Positions 35,500-44,236 of a DNA stretch of 64,000 nt are shown piece by piece. The stretch spans positions 22,693 through 86,692 of the forward strand of contig NZ_JAYSPC010000028.1 in assembly GCF_043722275.1 (NCBI RefSeq). Direction: 5' to 3'. Under the pieces are notes generated by a model. It searched no databases, was not told where the DNA came from, and saw nothing but the letters and a program-made list of their open reading frames with translations. Both the position numbers and the translations under genes were made by a program. The number at the start of each line of letters is the position of its first letter. Position 1 is the first letter of the stretch. This DNA comes from Flavobacterium sp. Its GTDB lineage: Bacteria; Bacteroidota; Bacteroidia; Flavobacteriales; Flavobacteriaceae.

Positions 35500-38178
35500 T
35501 TGAATATTAACCGTGTCCGAGTTTTGCTTTTTTTGCTCATGCAAATTTTAACTGTTAACTTTTTAAACTCTCAAACATCCATTTCCGGAATTGTTCGGGA
35601 TAAGGATTCTAATCCGGTTTCTTTTAGCAATGTATTTATTAAATCGCAAGTCAATAATTCTATAGTGGCTTTTACACGTACACTTAAAGATGGAAGTTAC
35701 GTCTTGGAGGTTGAAGAATCAGGTAATTATGAAATTAGTTTTACAGCAATATTATATAAACCAACTATATTCCAAATTGCTATAGAAACTGGTAAAAAAT
35801 ATATTCAAAATGTAATACTTCAGGACGAAACAACTTTTCTTGACGAAGTTGTAATCAAAACTGAAAAACCAATAACAGTAAAAACCGATACAATTGTTAT
35901 TAATGCAAAAGCATTTGCCCAAGGAAATGAAACTGTTCTTGAAGATTTATTGAGAAAAATACCCGGACTAAATATTTCTGAAAACGGAACGATTAAAGTT
36001 GGCACTAAAGAAGTTGAGAAAGTAATGATTGACGGCGATGATTTTTTTGAGCATGGTTATAAACTTCTCACAAAAAATTTGAACGCATCTACGGTTGATA
36101 AAATTGAGATTTATAAAAAATATTCAAATAACCGATTGCTAAAAAACATTGAAAATAGTGATAAAGTAGCGCTGAATCTTACTTTAAAAGATGAAATTAA
36201 ATCTCAATGGTTCGGAAACATGAGTTTAGGCTATGGCGTTGCATCAGAGAATAGGTATGATGTAAGAACTAATTTGATGTCGTTTGAAAAAAAAGCAAAA
36301 TTTTATGCAATAGGAAATCTTAACAACGTAGGAGTTGATGCCGTAGGAGATATAAATTACATCATCAGACCTGTGAATTTAGATGGAATAAGCAGTATTG
36401 GAGACGATGAAAACTCTGAAACATTGCTCAGTTTAAACACTTCAAAACCCAATTTAAAAGAAGAAAGAACGAATTTTAATAATGCCGAATTAATATCCTT
36501 AAATTCTATATTTACGATTTCTTCAAAAGTAAAATTAAAAGTTATAGGATTTTATAATTCAGATAAAAATGATTTTTTCAGAAAAGGAATAGATGAATAT
36601 CATTTTGAAAATACTGCGTTTACTAATTTTGAAGATTACAATTTAAGTAAGAAAAAAAAGATTGGCTTTGCAAAAATTAATTTCAATTATGATATCTCCA
36701 GTAATGAATCGTTTGAATTTATAAGTAAATACAGTTTAGAAAACGGTAATACAAACACAAATTTAATTTTTAATGAAGAAAAATCCTGGGAAAAACTTAA
36801 TGAAAAAACACAACTCATCGACCAAAAAGCGGTTTATACCAATAGATTTAGAAGCAATAAAGTTTTAATTTTTACAGGAAGAATAATAAATGAAAAGGCA
36901 CCGCAAAATTATTACAATAACGTTTTTCTTTTCAACGATATATTACCAGGTGGCGTTACTGCAAATAACGTAAGTCAGGGAAGTAATGACAAGCTGAATT
37001 TTTTGGGTTTTGAAACTCATTTTTTTGATAAAAAACAAAAAGGAAATCTTTTAGAATTTAAGGCAGGATATGAAAACAGGCAAGATTATTTTAATTCGGA
37101 ATTAGAGTTTTTAGAGAACGATAATAGTATTATTGCTCCCGCAGATTATGCTAATAAAGTAAATTTTGGCACTCAGGATATTTATTTTAAATCAAAATAT
37201 AATTATTTTTTCAGAAAATTTGCAATAGAAGCCAAGGTCGAATTACATGACTTTATTTCAGATCTGAAGACTACTGAAATTGTTGAAAAAAATAATAATT
37301 TATTCATAAATCCATCTTTGGTTTTAAGTTGGGAAATTAACCAAAACAATAAAATTAGCACTTCGTTTTCTTATAATACAACAAATGCCAAAATTTTAGA
37401 TGTCTACAACGGGTATGTATTGACAAGTTATAAAAGCTTTCAAAAAGGAACAGGACAATTTAATCAGCTACAATCAAATGTATTTTTTCTAAAATATGGA
37501 TTAGGAAACTGGGAAAGTAAATTTTCATCAAATGCCTCTATTTATTATTATAAAAATTTTGACTTTTATTCTACAAATGCCGTTATTCTACAAAATTATT
37601 CTCAGTTAGAAAAAATTATAATTAAAAACAGATCTATGTTTAGAGCAGATCTTGATATGAGTTATTTTTTTAGCGATATTTCATCTACTTTAAAAGTTGA
37701 GGCAAATTATTCTAAAAGCAACTATAAAAACATTGTAAATAATGAATTAAGAGAAGTAGAATCAGGAATTACAGTTTCAAGTATAGAAATAAGATCAAAT
37801 TTTAAAGGTTTTTTAAATTATCATTTGGGAACTAAATGGACTATAAATGAAATTAGAACATCGGATCTTAATAAAAATACTGACAATCTCACCTTTTTTG
37901 ATCTTTTGCTAAGCTTTAATAAAAATTTAAATGCTGAATTTCAGACTGAAAGATATCATTTTGGCAATTTAGAGGCTAGCAGTAGTAAATATTATTTCCT
38001 TGATATTAAAGCCAATTATATATTTAAAAAAAACAAACTTTCTTTTTCATTATCGAGTAATAATTTATTCAATACTAAAACTTTTAGGCAGTCATATATA
38101 AGTGATGTCGTTACTTCGAAAACAGAATATAGGATTCTTCCAAGATATGTTCTTTTAAAAATGGATTATAAATTTTAG
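35500..38178 (+). CDS. Large outer-membrane beta-barrel protein with N-terminal carboxypeptidase-regulatory-like domain and plug-like region
   Basis: ISGIVRDKDSNPVSFSNV, EDLLRKIPG..IKVG..VEKVMIDGDDFF, LSSNNLFN, terminal YKF; TTG 35500 avoids overlap with GLPGLI (track start 35467). Confidence 0.85.
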   Translation: MNINRVRVLLFLLMQILTVNFLNSQTSISGIVRDKDSNPVSFSNVFIKSQVNNSIVAFTRTLKDGSYVLEVEESGNYEISFTAILYKPTIFQIAIETGKKYIQNVILQDETTFLDEVVIKTEKPITVKTDTIVINAKAFAQGNETVLEDLLRKIPGLNISENGTIKVGTKEVEKVMIDGDDFFEHGYKLLTKNLNASTVDKIEIYKKYSNNRLLKNIENSDKVALNLTLKDEIKSQWFGNMSLGYGVASENRYDVRTNLMSFEKKAKFYAIGNLNNVGVDAVGDINYIIRPVNLDGISSIGDDENSETLLSLNTSKPNLKEERTNFNNAELISLNSIFTISSKVKLKVIGFYNSDKNDFFRKGIDEYHFENTAFTNFEDYNLSKKKKIGFAKINFNYDISSNESFEFISKYSLENGNTNTNLIFNEEKSWEKLNEKTQLIDQKAVYTNRFRSNKVLIFTGRIINEKAPQNYYNNVFLFNDILPGGVTANNVSQGSNDKLNFLGFETHFFDKKQKGNLLEFKAGYENRQDYFNSELEFLENDNSIIAPADYANKVNFGTQDIYFKSKYNYFFRKFAIEAKVELHDFISDLKTTEIVEKNNNLFINPSLVLSWEINQNNKISTSFSYNTTNAKILDVYNGYVLTSYKSFQKGTGQFNQLQSNVFFLKYGLGNWESKFSSNASIYYYKNFDFYSTNAVILQNYSQLEKIIIKNRSMFRADLDMSYFFSDISSTLKVEANYSKSNYKNIVNNELREVESGITVSSIEIRSNFKGFLNYHLGTKWTINEIRTSDLNKNTDNLTFFDLLLSFNKNLNAEFQTERYHFGNLEASSSKYYFLDIKANYIFKKNKLSFSLSSNNLFNTKTFRQSYISDVVTSKTEYRILPRYVLLKMDYKF

Positions 38179-38216
38179 ATAATGTGAATTTGCATGAGAT
38201 GTCTTTTGAACTGGAA

Positions 38217-38262
38217 ACACAACAAAAGTCTTTTCAAGAAAATGAAAAGACTTTTGTTGTGT
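38217..38262. terminator. Bidirectional terminator, perfect 20-bp stem
   Basis: acacaacaaaagtcttttca-agaaaa-tgaaaagacttttgttgtgt. Confidence 0.88.
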
Positions 38263-38278
38263 CTAATTCTCTCTATAA

Positions 38279-38677
38279 TTAAACAGTTTTCAACATAGCA
38301 ATTACTTCTATTTCAATAAAGATATCGCTTCTAAACAATCCTTTAACTTCTAAAAGTGTACTTGTTGGTGGCTCATCAAGGTTGATAAACTGATCTCTGG
38401 CTTCTCTATATCCTGCAATTTGAGAAATATCCGAAGTAAAAATTCCCAGTTTTACAATATCATTTAAATTGGCGCCGCATGTTTCTAAGATGTTTTTAAT
38501 ATTTTCGAAAATTTGAATTGTTTGGGTTTTTACATCATTTCCAACTAATTCTCCTTGTTTATTAAACGGAATTTGCCCGGAAAGCATAATCATTTTCTGA
38601 TTCTCAAACGGAATAACAACTGCTTGAGATAAACCTTTAATATTTAATACTTTTTCTGAATTTTTAAATTTTGACAT
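38279..38677 (-). CDS. RidA/YjgF family protein
   Basis: SGQIP, QTIQIFENIKNILE, PPTSTLLEVKGL..IEIEVIA. Confidence 0.9.
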   Translation of the reverse strand: MSKFKNSEKVLNIKGLSQAVVIPFENQKMIMLSGQIPFNKQGELVGNDVKTQTIQIFENIKNILETCGANLNDIVKLGIFTSDISQIAGYREARDQFINLDEPPTSTLLEVKGLFRSDIFIEIEVIAMLKTV

Positions 38678-38840
38678 AATATCTATAAATTAATTTTTAA
38701 CAAAGATCTGTTACATTCTTTATTTTGATTTTTCTTAAAATGTCTTATTTCATGACTATTTGTTTCAATTACAACTTATTTACATTTGTAAAAATCAAAT
38801 CAGTGGTAAGAAAATTTATACATTCGTAAAAAAAAATATC

Positions 38841-39737
38841 ATGAACGTTATAAAGCAAACGGGAGATCAGGATTCATATCCGGGAACACATATTATTATA
38901 ACATCTGATAAAATTGGTAAAACAGAAATTTGCCGACAACAACATAAAACTCCATTTCATAAACAGAATTTGTTGAAAGATCATTTTTTGTTATTTGCTG
39001 TAGAAGGTTTAAATGAATTGCAGATTGGAAATCAGCAATTTTCATTAAAAAAAGGTGAAATGTTATTAATAAAAAAAGCGACTTACGTTGAAATTGTAAA
39101 AACCGGAGATCCTTTAAATAATTTCATGTACGAAAGTGTGTCTTTTTCACTTAAGAAAGATATAATTATCGATTTTATTAAATTAATAGAAATGGATAAT
39201 TATCAAGAAGCAGGAAATTATGATAAAGCAATTATTCACCCATATGGAGAACGTTTAAAATCATTTCTCACCTCGTTGAAACCTTATTTTGAAGATAACG
39301 AAACCATAAAAACGGGATTATTCAAACTAAAAATATTAGAATTACTTTATGATCTTTCACAAGCAAATCAATCATTTTTGAATGAGTTAATAAACATCGA
39401 TCGCAATGAAACTAAAGATTTATTGAAAACCATAGAACAACATTATCTACAACCTTATTCTCTTCAGGAACTTGCCTATATTTCCGGAAGAAGCTTATCG
39501 AGTTTCCGCAGGGAATTTGAATCTTTGTTTCATACAAAACCTGCAAAATGGATTCAGGAAAAGCGATTAAATAAAGCAAAGGAATTGTTTCTTACCACTC
39601 AATTAAAAATTGCAGATGTTTGTGATGAAGTTGGATATGAAAACGTTTCGCATTTTTCACGCCTGTTTAAAAGTCATTTTGGATACAATCCAAGTGAAAC
39701 TAAAAAAACAGATAAATTGAAAATTAAGGTTGATTAA
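38841..39737 (+). CDS. AraC-family regulator (ExsA-like N-terminal domain), divergent from ridA-like gene
   Basis: ELAYISGRSLSSFRREF; VCDEVGYENVSHFSRLFK; ATG 38841. Confidence 0.9.
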   Translation: MNVIKQTGDQDSYPGTHIIITSDKIGKTEICRQQHKTPFHKQNLLKDHFLLFAVEGLNELQIGNQQFSLKKGEMLLIKKATYVEIVKTGDPLNNFMYESVSFSLKKDIIIDFIKLIEMDNYQEAGNYDKAIIHPYGERLKSFLTSLKPYFEDNETIKTGLFKLKILELLYDLSQANQSFLNELINIDRNETKDLLKTIEQHYLQPYSLQELAYISGRSLSSFRREFESLFHTKPAKWIQEKRLNKAKELFLTTQLKIADVCDEVGYENVSHFSRLFKSHFGYNPSETKKTDKLKIKVD

Positions 39738-39791
39738 AATAATGTACAGGATTTTAAAAACAGGTATTAAGACATGTTTTACTTAATTAAA

Positions 39792-40652
39792 TCATCCCTT
39801 TTGATTGAGCAATCTAAACTCAGAAGGAGACAAACCTATAGCTTTACGAAATGATCTTGTGAAATAAGAATAGTCACTGAAACCTAATTTGTAAGCAATT
39901 TCTTTTACATCCATATCACTATAGTACAATAATCTTTTGGCTTCAATGAATATTTCCTGTTGAATCCAATAACTCACGGTTGAACCTGTAACCTCCTTTA
40001 TTACCTCATTAAGATAACCTGTTGATACATTAAGTTTTGATGCATAAGCAGACGGACTTTTTGTATTATGAATATTAATTACAAGCAGATTTTTAAACTG
40101 TTTAGCAAGCTCAGCCTGCCTGTTACGCGTATTTGATGTTGTTTCTAAAGAATTATAAGTACTGGCTGCCATCCCTAAAAATGACTGAACAAGCGTGTGG
40201 ATAATTGAAATATAGAATCTATCTCCTTGTCGCAGAACAAATTCGGTTTGTAATACTCCTAGTAAGCTTTTATATTGAGTTAACTCATATTCTGACAATT
40301 TACATGGCAGTTGTAAATTAAGCCTAAATTCAAAAACTCCTCGAAAATCCGTATGAATCAACGAGGTGTCTACAGCAATAAACCATCCCTCGGCATTATT
40401 TGCCTTTATTCGGGAATGGATTTGTGAAGGTAATATATAATATAGGTGTCCGGCAGTAATTAAAACATCCTGAAAATCAATCTTTAATGTTCCTGAACCT
40501 TTTGTTAACAAAAAAAAGATATAATGATCATCCCTATGAGCAATATCATAATCCCTCTCTTGCTGAAGTTCATTTTCAGGTTCGAAAATTTTAATTTGCA
40601 AACCTGTATTTGTCTTTTTTTGTAACTCATCTATTGGAATGTTTTTCATCAA
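39792..40652 (-). CDS. AraC-family transcriptional regulator
   Basis: HRDDHY cupin; YASKLNVSTGYLNE; KEIAYKLGFSDYSYFTRSF. Confidence 0.92.
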   Translation of the reverse strand: MMKNIPIDELQKKTNTGLQIKIFEPENELQQERDYDIAHRDDHYIFFLLTKGSGTLKIDFQDVLITAGHLYYILPSQIHSRIKANNAEGWFIAVDTSLIHTDFRGVFEFRLNLQLPCKLSEYELTQYKSLLGVLQTEFVLRQGDRFYISIIHTLVQSFLGMAASTYNSLETTSNTRNRQAELAKQFKNLLVINIHNTKSPSAYASKLNVSTGYLNEVIKEVTGSTVSYWIQQEIFIEAKRLLYYSDMDVKEIAYKLGFSDYSYFTRSFRKAIGLSPSEFRLLNQKG

Positions 40653-40664
40653 TACAAAATATCT

Positions 40665-41651
40665 TTATTTATTTAATTTCAATAGTTTATCAGCATTTCC
40701 ATGAGCAATCTTTAACAGTTGCTCTTCCGGAAGGTCGATAGCATTCAAAAAATCGATACCCATTTCGTTTGTACTGAACGGATAATCTACAGAAAACATA
40801 ATGTTGTCGATACCAAAAGTATCTAAAGCAATTTTTAGCGGTGGCTGGGTAAAAAAACCACTTGTGGTAATATGAACCTGCTGATGAAAAGTATCCGTTA
40901 GCGATCGTTGGTTGGCGCCGCCATTGCCAGGCTTGAATGCCCGTTCTGATCGTGCCATCATCATGGGTAACATTTCTCCCATATGTCCTATAATTAAATT
41001 TAATTTGGGATATTGATCAAAAATACCCGAATACAGCAAGCGTAAAACATGAAGCGCAGTTTCTGAATGCCAACCCCAACCGTAACAAGCCAAAGCTTCT
41101 GCCATGCCTGAATGATTTGGTAATCCGTTATAATAAATATCCGATACTCCTTTTGGCGGCAATCCCGGATGAAGATATATAGGAACTCCCAACTTCTCGG
41201 CGCGCTCAAATATCGGGGCAAATTCAGGCTGATCCAGAAACTTTTCCTGAGTAAGTCCGCGAATCATAGCGCCACGAAAATGATATTCGGTCACAGCACG
41301 TTCTAATTCATCTGCGGCCGCAATTGGCGCTGTCATTGGCAAATGGGCAAAAGCTGTAAACCGATTTTCAAAACCGGATATTCGTTTAGCAATCATATCA
41401 TTGTATTGCCTTGCAAAAGCAGGACCGTCTTTTGGGCTTAATAAATTAGCCCCTGAACTATCAACAGATAATACCTGGGTGCTAATGCCATTCGCATCCA
41501 TAGAATCCAGGCGAGCTCCTGTTATATCAGCCAATTTTGCCGAAAGCTGTTGCATTCTTTCTGATTCTCCAAACCCACCTAAAGCTGCCTTAGGAATTTG
41601 ACCTGCCATTTCAGGAAATGAAATATGTTCTTCAAGAGTTACTATACGCAT
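40665..41651 (-). CDS. Amidohydrolase_2-family protein (non-oxidative aromatic acid decarboxylase/ACMSD-like)
   Basis: LEEH, IYLHP, GHMGE, FSVDYPF. Confidence 0.88.
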   Translation of the reverse strand: MRIVTLEEHISFPEMAGQIPKAALGGFGESERMQQLSAKLADITGARLDSMDANGISTQVLSVDSSGANLLSPKDGPAFARQYNDMIAKRISGFENRFTAFAHLPMTAPIAAADELERAVTEYHFRGAMIRGLTQEKFLDQPEFAPIFERAEKLGVPIYLHPGLPPKGVSDIYYNGLPNHSGMAEALACYGWGWHSETALHVLRLLYSGIFDQYPKLNLIIGHMGEMLPMMMARSERAFKPGNGGANQRSLTDTFHQQVHITTSGFFTQPPLKIALDTFGIDNIMFSVDYPFSTNEMGIDFLNAIDLPEEQLLKIAHGNADKLLKLNK

Positions 41652-41704
41652 ATTATTCTTTTTTTTTAAAATCCATTTTTCAATGACTTAATAATTAGTT
41701 CTGG

Positions 41705-42423
41705 TTACCAGGGAGCTTCACCTCCGTCTTTAAAGAACTTTCCGGTTATACCCAAATTAGATTCTATTGCCAATTTTACAATTGGATGAGCGCCTTGTTC
41801 CGGCGTTTTCTTCCCTGAAAGTTATTTAGCTCAGTAGCAGTAAATCCCGGTGTAATACTATTAACACTAATTCCTTCTTTCCTAAGTTCGCTGGACAACA
41901 TTAAAGTTACCGCATTTATTGCTGTTTTTGAAGATCCATAAACATGAAAATTACTACGACTGGAATTTTCTTCCGGATCTGCAAGTAAAGTAAGAGAGCC
42001 AACCTCGCTTGAAACGTTAATAATTGACGGATTCAATGATTTTTTTAAAAGAGGAAGAAATTCCTGAATGGTTTGTAAAGTCCCGAAAACATTTGTATCA
42101 AATATCTTTTTAAGATTATCAATATTACAAGTAGAAATATGAGGTTCATCTCCGGCAATACCCGCATTATTGATTAAAATATCTAAGAAAATAGTTTTAG
42201 ACTCTAATTCTACCCTGGCTTTACGGATAGAATTACCATCTGCAATATCTATCAAAATACCCTCTACGTTTTCCAGCCCAATATCTTTTAGTTTCTTAAC
42301 TGCTTCAAGTCCGCGTTCCTGATTTCTATATCCCAAATACACAAAATAACCCAATTGTGCTAATTGCAAGGCTGTTTCAAAACCTATTCCTTGATTTGCT
42401 CCTGTAATCAATACTTTTTTCAT
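41705..42423 (-). pseudogene. Short-chain dehydrogenase/reductase with a -1 frameshift near the 3' end (or assembly indel)
   Basis: TGANQGIG, NNAG, YGSSK; the missing tail TPEQGAHPIVKLA..TGKFFKDGGEAPW* lies in another frame after the A4 run at 41806-41809; ATG 42423. Confidence 0.8.
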
Positions 42424-42447
42424 AAAAATAGCCTTTAATTTTTTAAA

Positions 42448-42514
42448 CAAAGGTATTGGTAACACATCGAACCGTTACGAGATATTCATGGAATTTGTAG
42501 GACAATTCACGGAA
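42448..42514 (-). promoter_or_regulatory. -7 box TACCTTTG (42448-42455) with upstream TTCAYGGAA repeats 21 bp apart (42485, 42506)
   Basis: Read directly upstream of the SDR operon. Confidence 0.55.
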
Positions 42515-42681
42515 CATCATTTTCAATACGTTTGATCCAAAATATTCTATTTAAGAAAGTAACATGAGAAAAATCGAAATTTTCAATAATTGATAAAAAA
42601 TTGTTTCAAGCATGAAATTTCAAACAATTTAAAAACTATCGTAGAATAATAAACTCCCTTTCAAAATTCAGTTTCTATTAA

Positions 42682-42900
42682 TACTTGTATACTCGTTGGG
42701 TGTATTAAACAAAACATATATTTCGACGCGGATTTGACGGATTCGTTATCACGAAGACACAGATTTACACGGATCTTCTTTAAATTCTATATAAAAATCA
42801 GCGAAAATCTGCGTTTTTGCAAAGCAAATCTGTTTTATCCGCGTTCTAATTTATACAGTTTGTATTTTTAACTTAATTGCACCCAACGGGTTACTTGTAT
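42682..42900. mobile_element. MITE-like 201-bp element (42691-42891) with imperfect terminal inverted repeats and flanking 9-bp direct repeats
   Basis: TACTTGTAT at 42682-42690 and 42892-42900; ends actcgttgggtgtattaa / ttaattgcacccaacgggt; internal palindrome 42724-42845. Confidence 0.5.
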
Positions 42901-43042
42901 GAAAAATTGTATTTTTGTTTTATACATTTCAGTAATCCAGTTTATTACATTTTTCAATATTACTTTTATTGGTATCAAAAAGTAATGACGATGTATTTTA
43001 CCTTTTTATCAATTTATTATTTGTAATTATTATCTTTGAGCT

Positions 43043-43468
43043 ATGAGCACATTAACAAAACCAAGTCATATAGGGCGAAAAATTAGCCGTATTCGTGAAC
43101 TGAAAGACATGAAACAAGAAGCATTGGCACAAGCTTTAGGAACTAACCAACAGGCAATTTCGGCTATTGAAAACAGCGAAACAATAGATGATGAAAAACT
43201 TGCTGATGTCGCAAAAGCACTTGGCGTAACGGTTGAAGCAATCAAAAATTTCTCTGAAGAAAATATGATTAACTATTTCAATACTTTCACTGATAATGAT
43301 TTCAGCAACAGTCAAGGTGCTAATTTTGGACATGTCAATGCATGTACATTTAATCCGCTTGATAAATTAATTGAATCTCAAGAGGAAATCAAAAAGCTTT
43401 ACGAACGTTTATTACAAGCCGAAAAAGATAAAATCGAGTATCTGGAAAATATAATAAAGACGAAATAA
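43043..43468 (+). CDS. XRE-family HTH regulator (Bacteroidota type with C-terminal NPxDK coiled coil)
   Basis: HIGRKISRIRELKDMKQEALAQALG..FNPLDKL..LYERLL. Confidence 0.9.
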   Translation: MSTLTKPSHIGRKISRIRELKDMKQEALAQALGTNQQAISAIENSETIDDEKLADVAKALGVTVEAIKNFSEENMINYFNTFTDNDFSNSQGANFGHVNACTFNPLDKLIESQEEIKKLYERLLQAEKDKIEYLENIIKTK

Positions 43469-43494
43469 TCTTTGTAAAAACATACAATTACGAC

Positions 43495-43520
43495 AAAAGA
43501 GGTTCGAAAGAGCTTCTTTT
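43495..43520 (+). terminator. Terminator with GAAA loop
   Basis: aaaagaggttc-gaaa-gagcttctttt followed by a T-run. Confidence 0.7.
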
Positions 43521-43654
43521 TTTTGGTTTAAAACCAAAGATTTTTAGCACTCAACAAACCAAAAATATGTCCTTATATAATACAAAAATATCTTTTATGA
43601 CCTTCTGGATTTCTTGCAAATAGTTCTCTTTGCGCAAAATTTAGAAATCTAAAA

Positions 43655-44059
43655 ATGAAAAAAATAGTACTATATATTGTCTTTTTAATCGCCATATCAG
43701 CAAATGCGCAACAAAATCCAACATCAACAATTGAAGAAATTAAAATTGAGAAGTTAAAACCCTACAAAGAAAACGTTCATGCGTCGTATTATCATGATAA
43801 ATTTACCGGAAGAAAAACAGCAAGCGGCATAAAATTCGACAACAATAAATTGACCGCAGCGCATAAAAAACTACCGTTTGGTACGATGTTAAAAATCACC
43901 AACAAAATCAATCAAAAATCTGTAATTGTAAAAGTCATCGACAGAGGTCCATTTATTAACGGACGAGAAATTGACCTGTCTAAAAAAGCTTTTATGGATA
44001 TTACTTCAAACAAAAAAAGTGGCGGAATGATTGTAAAAATTGAGATTCTTGAAAATTAA
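43655..44059 (+). CDS. rlpA: Septal ring lytic transglycosylase RlpA family (DPBB domain)
   Basis: ASYY..TASG..LTAAHKKLPFGT..VIDRGPF..REIDLSKKAF. Confidence 0.9.
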   Translation: MKKIVLYIVFLIAISANAQQNPTSTIEEIKIEKLKPYKENVHASYYHDKFTGRKTASGIKFDNNKLTAAHKKLPFGTMLKITNKINQKSVIVKVIDRGPFINGREIDLSKKAFMDITSNKKSGGMIVKIEILEN

Positions 44060-44236
44060 AAATAATCTTAAACGCTTCTAAAAACCGAATAAAAATTACA
44101 TATAAATCTTAAAACATCACGAAATATTCTATTTATTTTAAAACGGTTTCCATTTTGGCTTCTTTTTAAGCAAAAAAAACTTACCGCATTAAAATGTTAT
44201 TATATTTACCACTTATAACACAATACTTATTTGTTT

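Noticed and set aside
33564-43520. Classical integrative element or prophage at tRNA-Pro
   Set aside because: No integrase, excisionase, conjugation or phage genes, and no direct repeat of the tRNA 3' end found by eye
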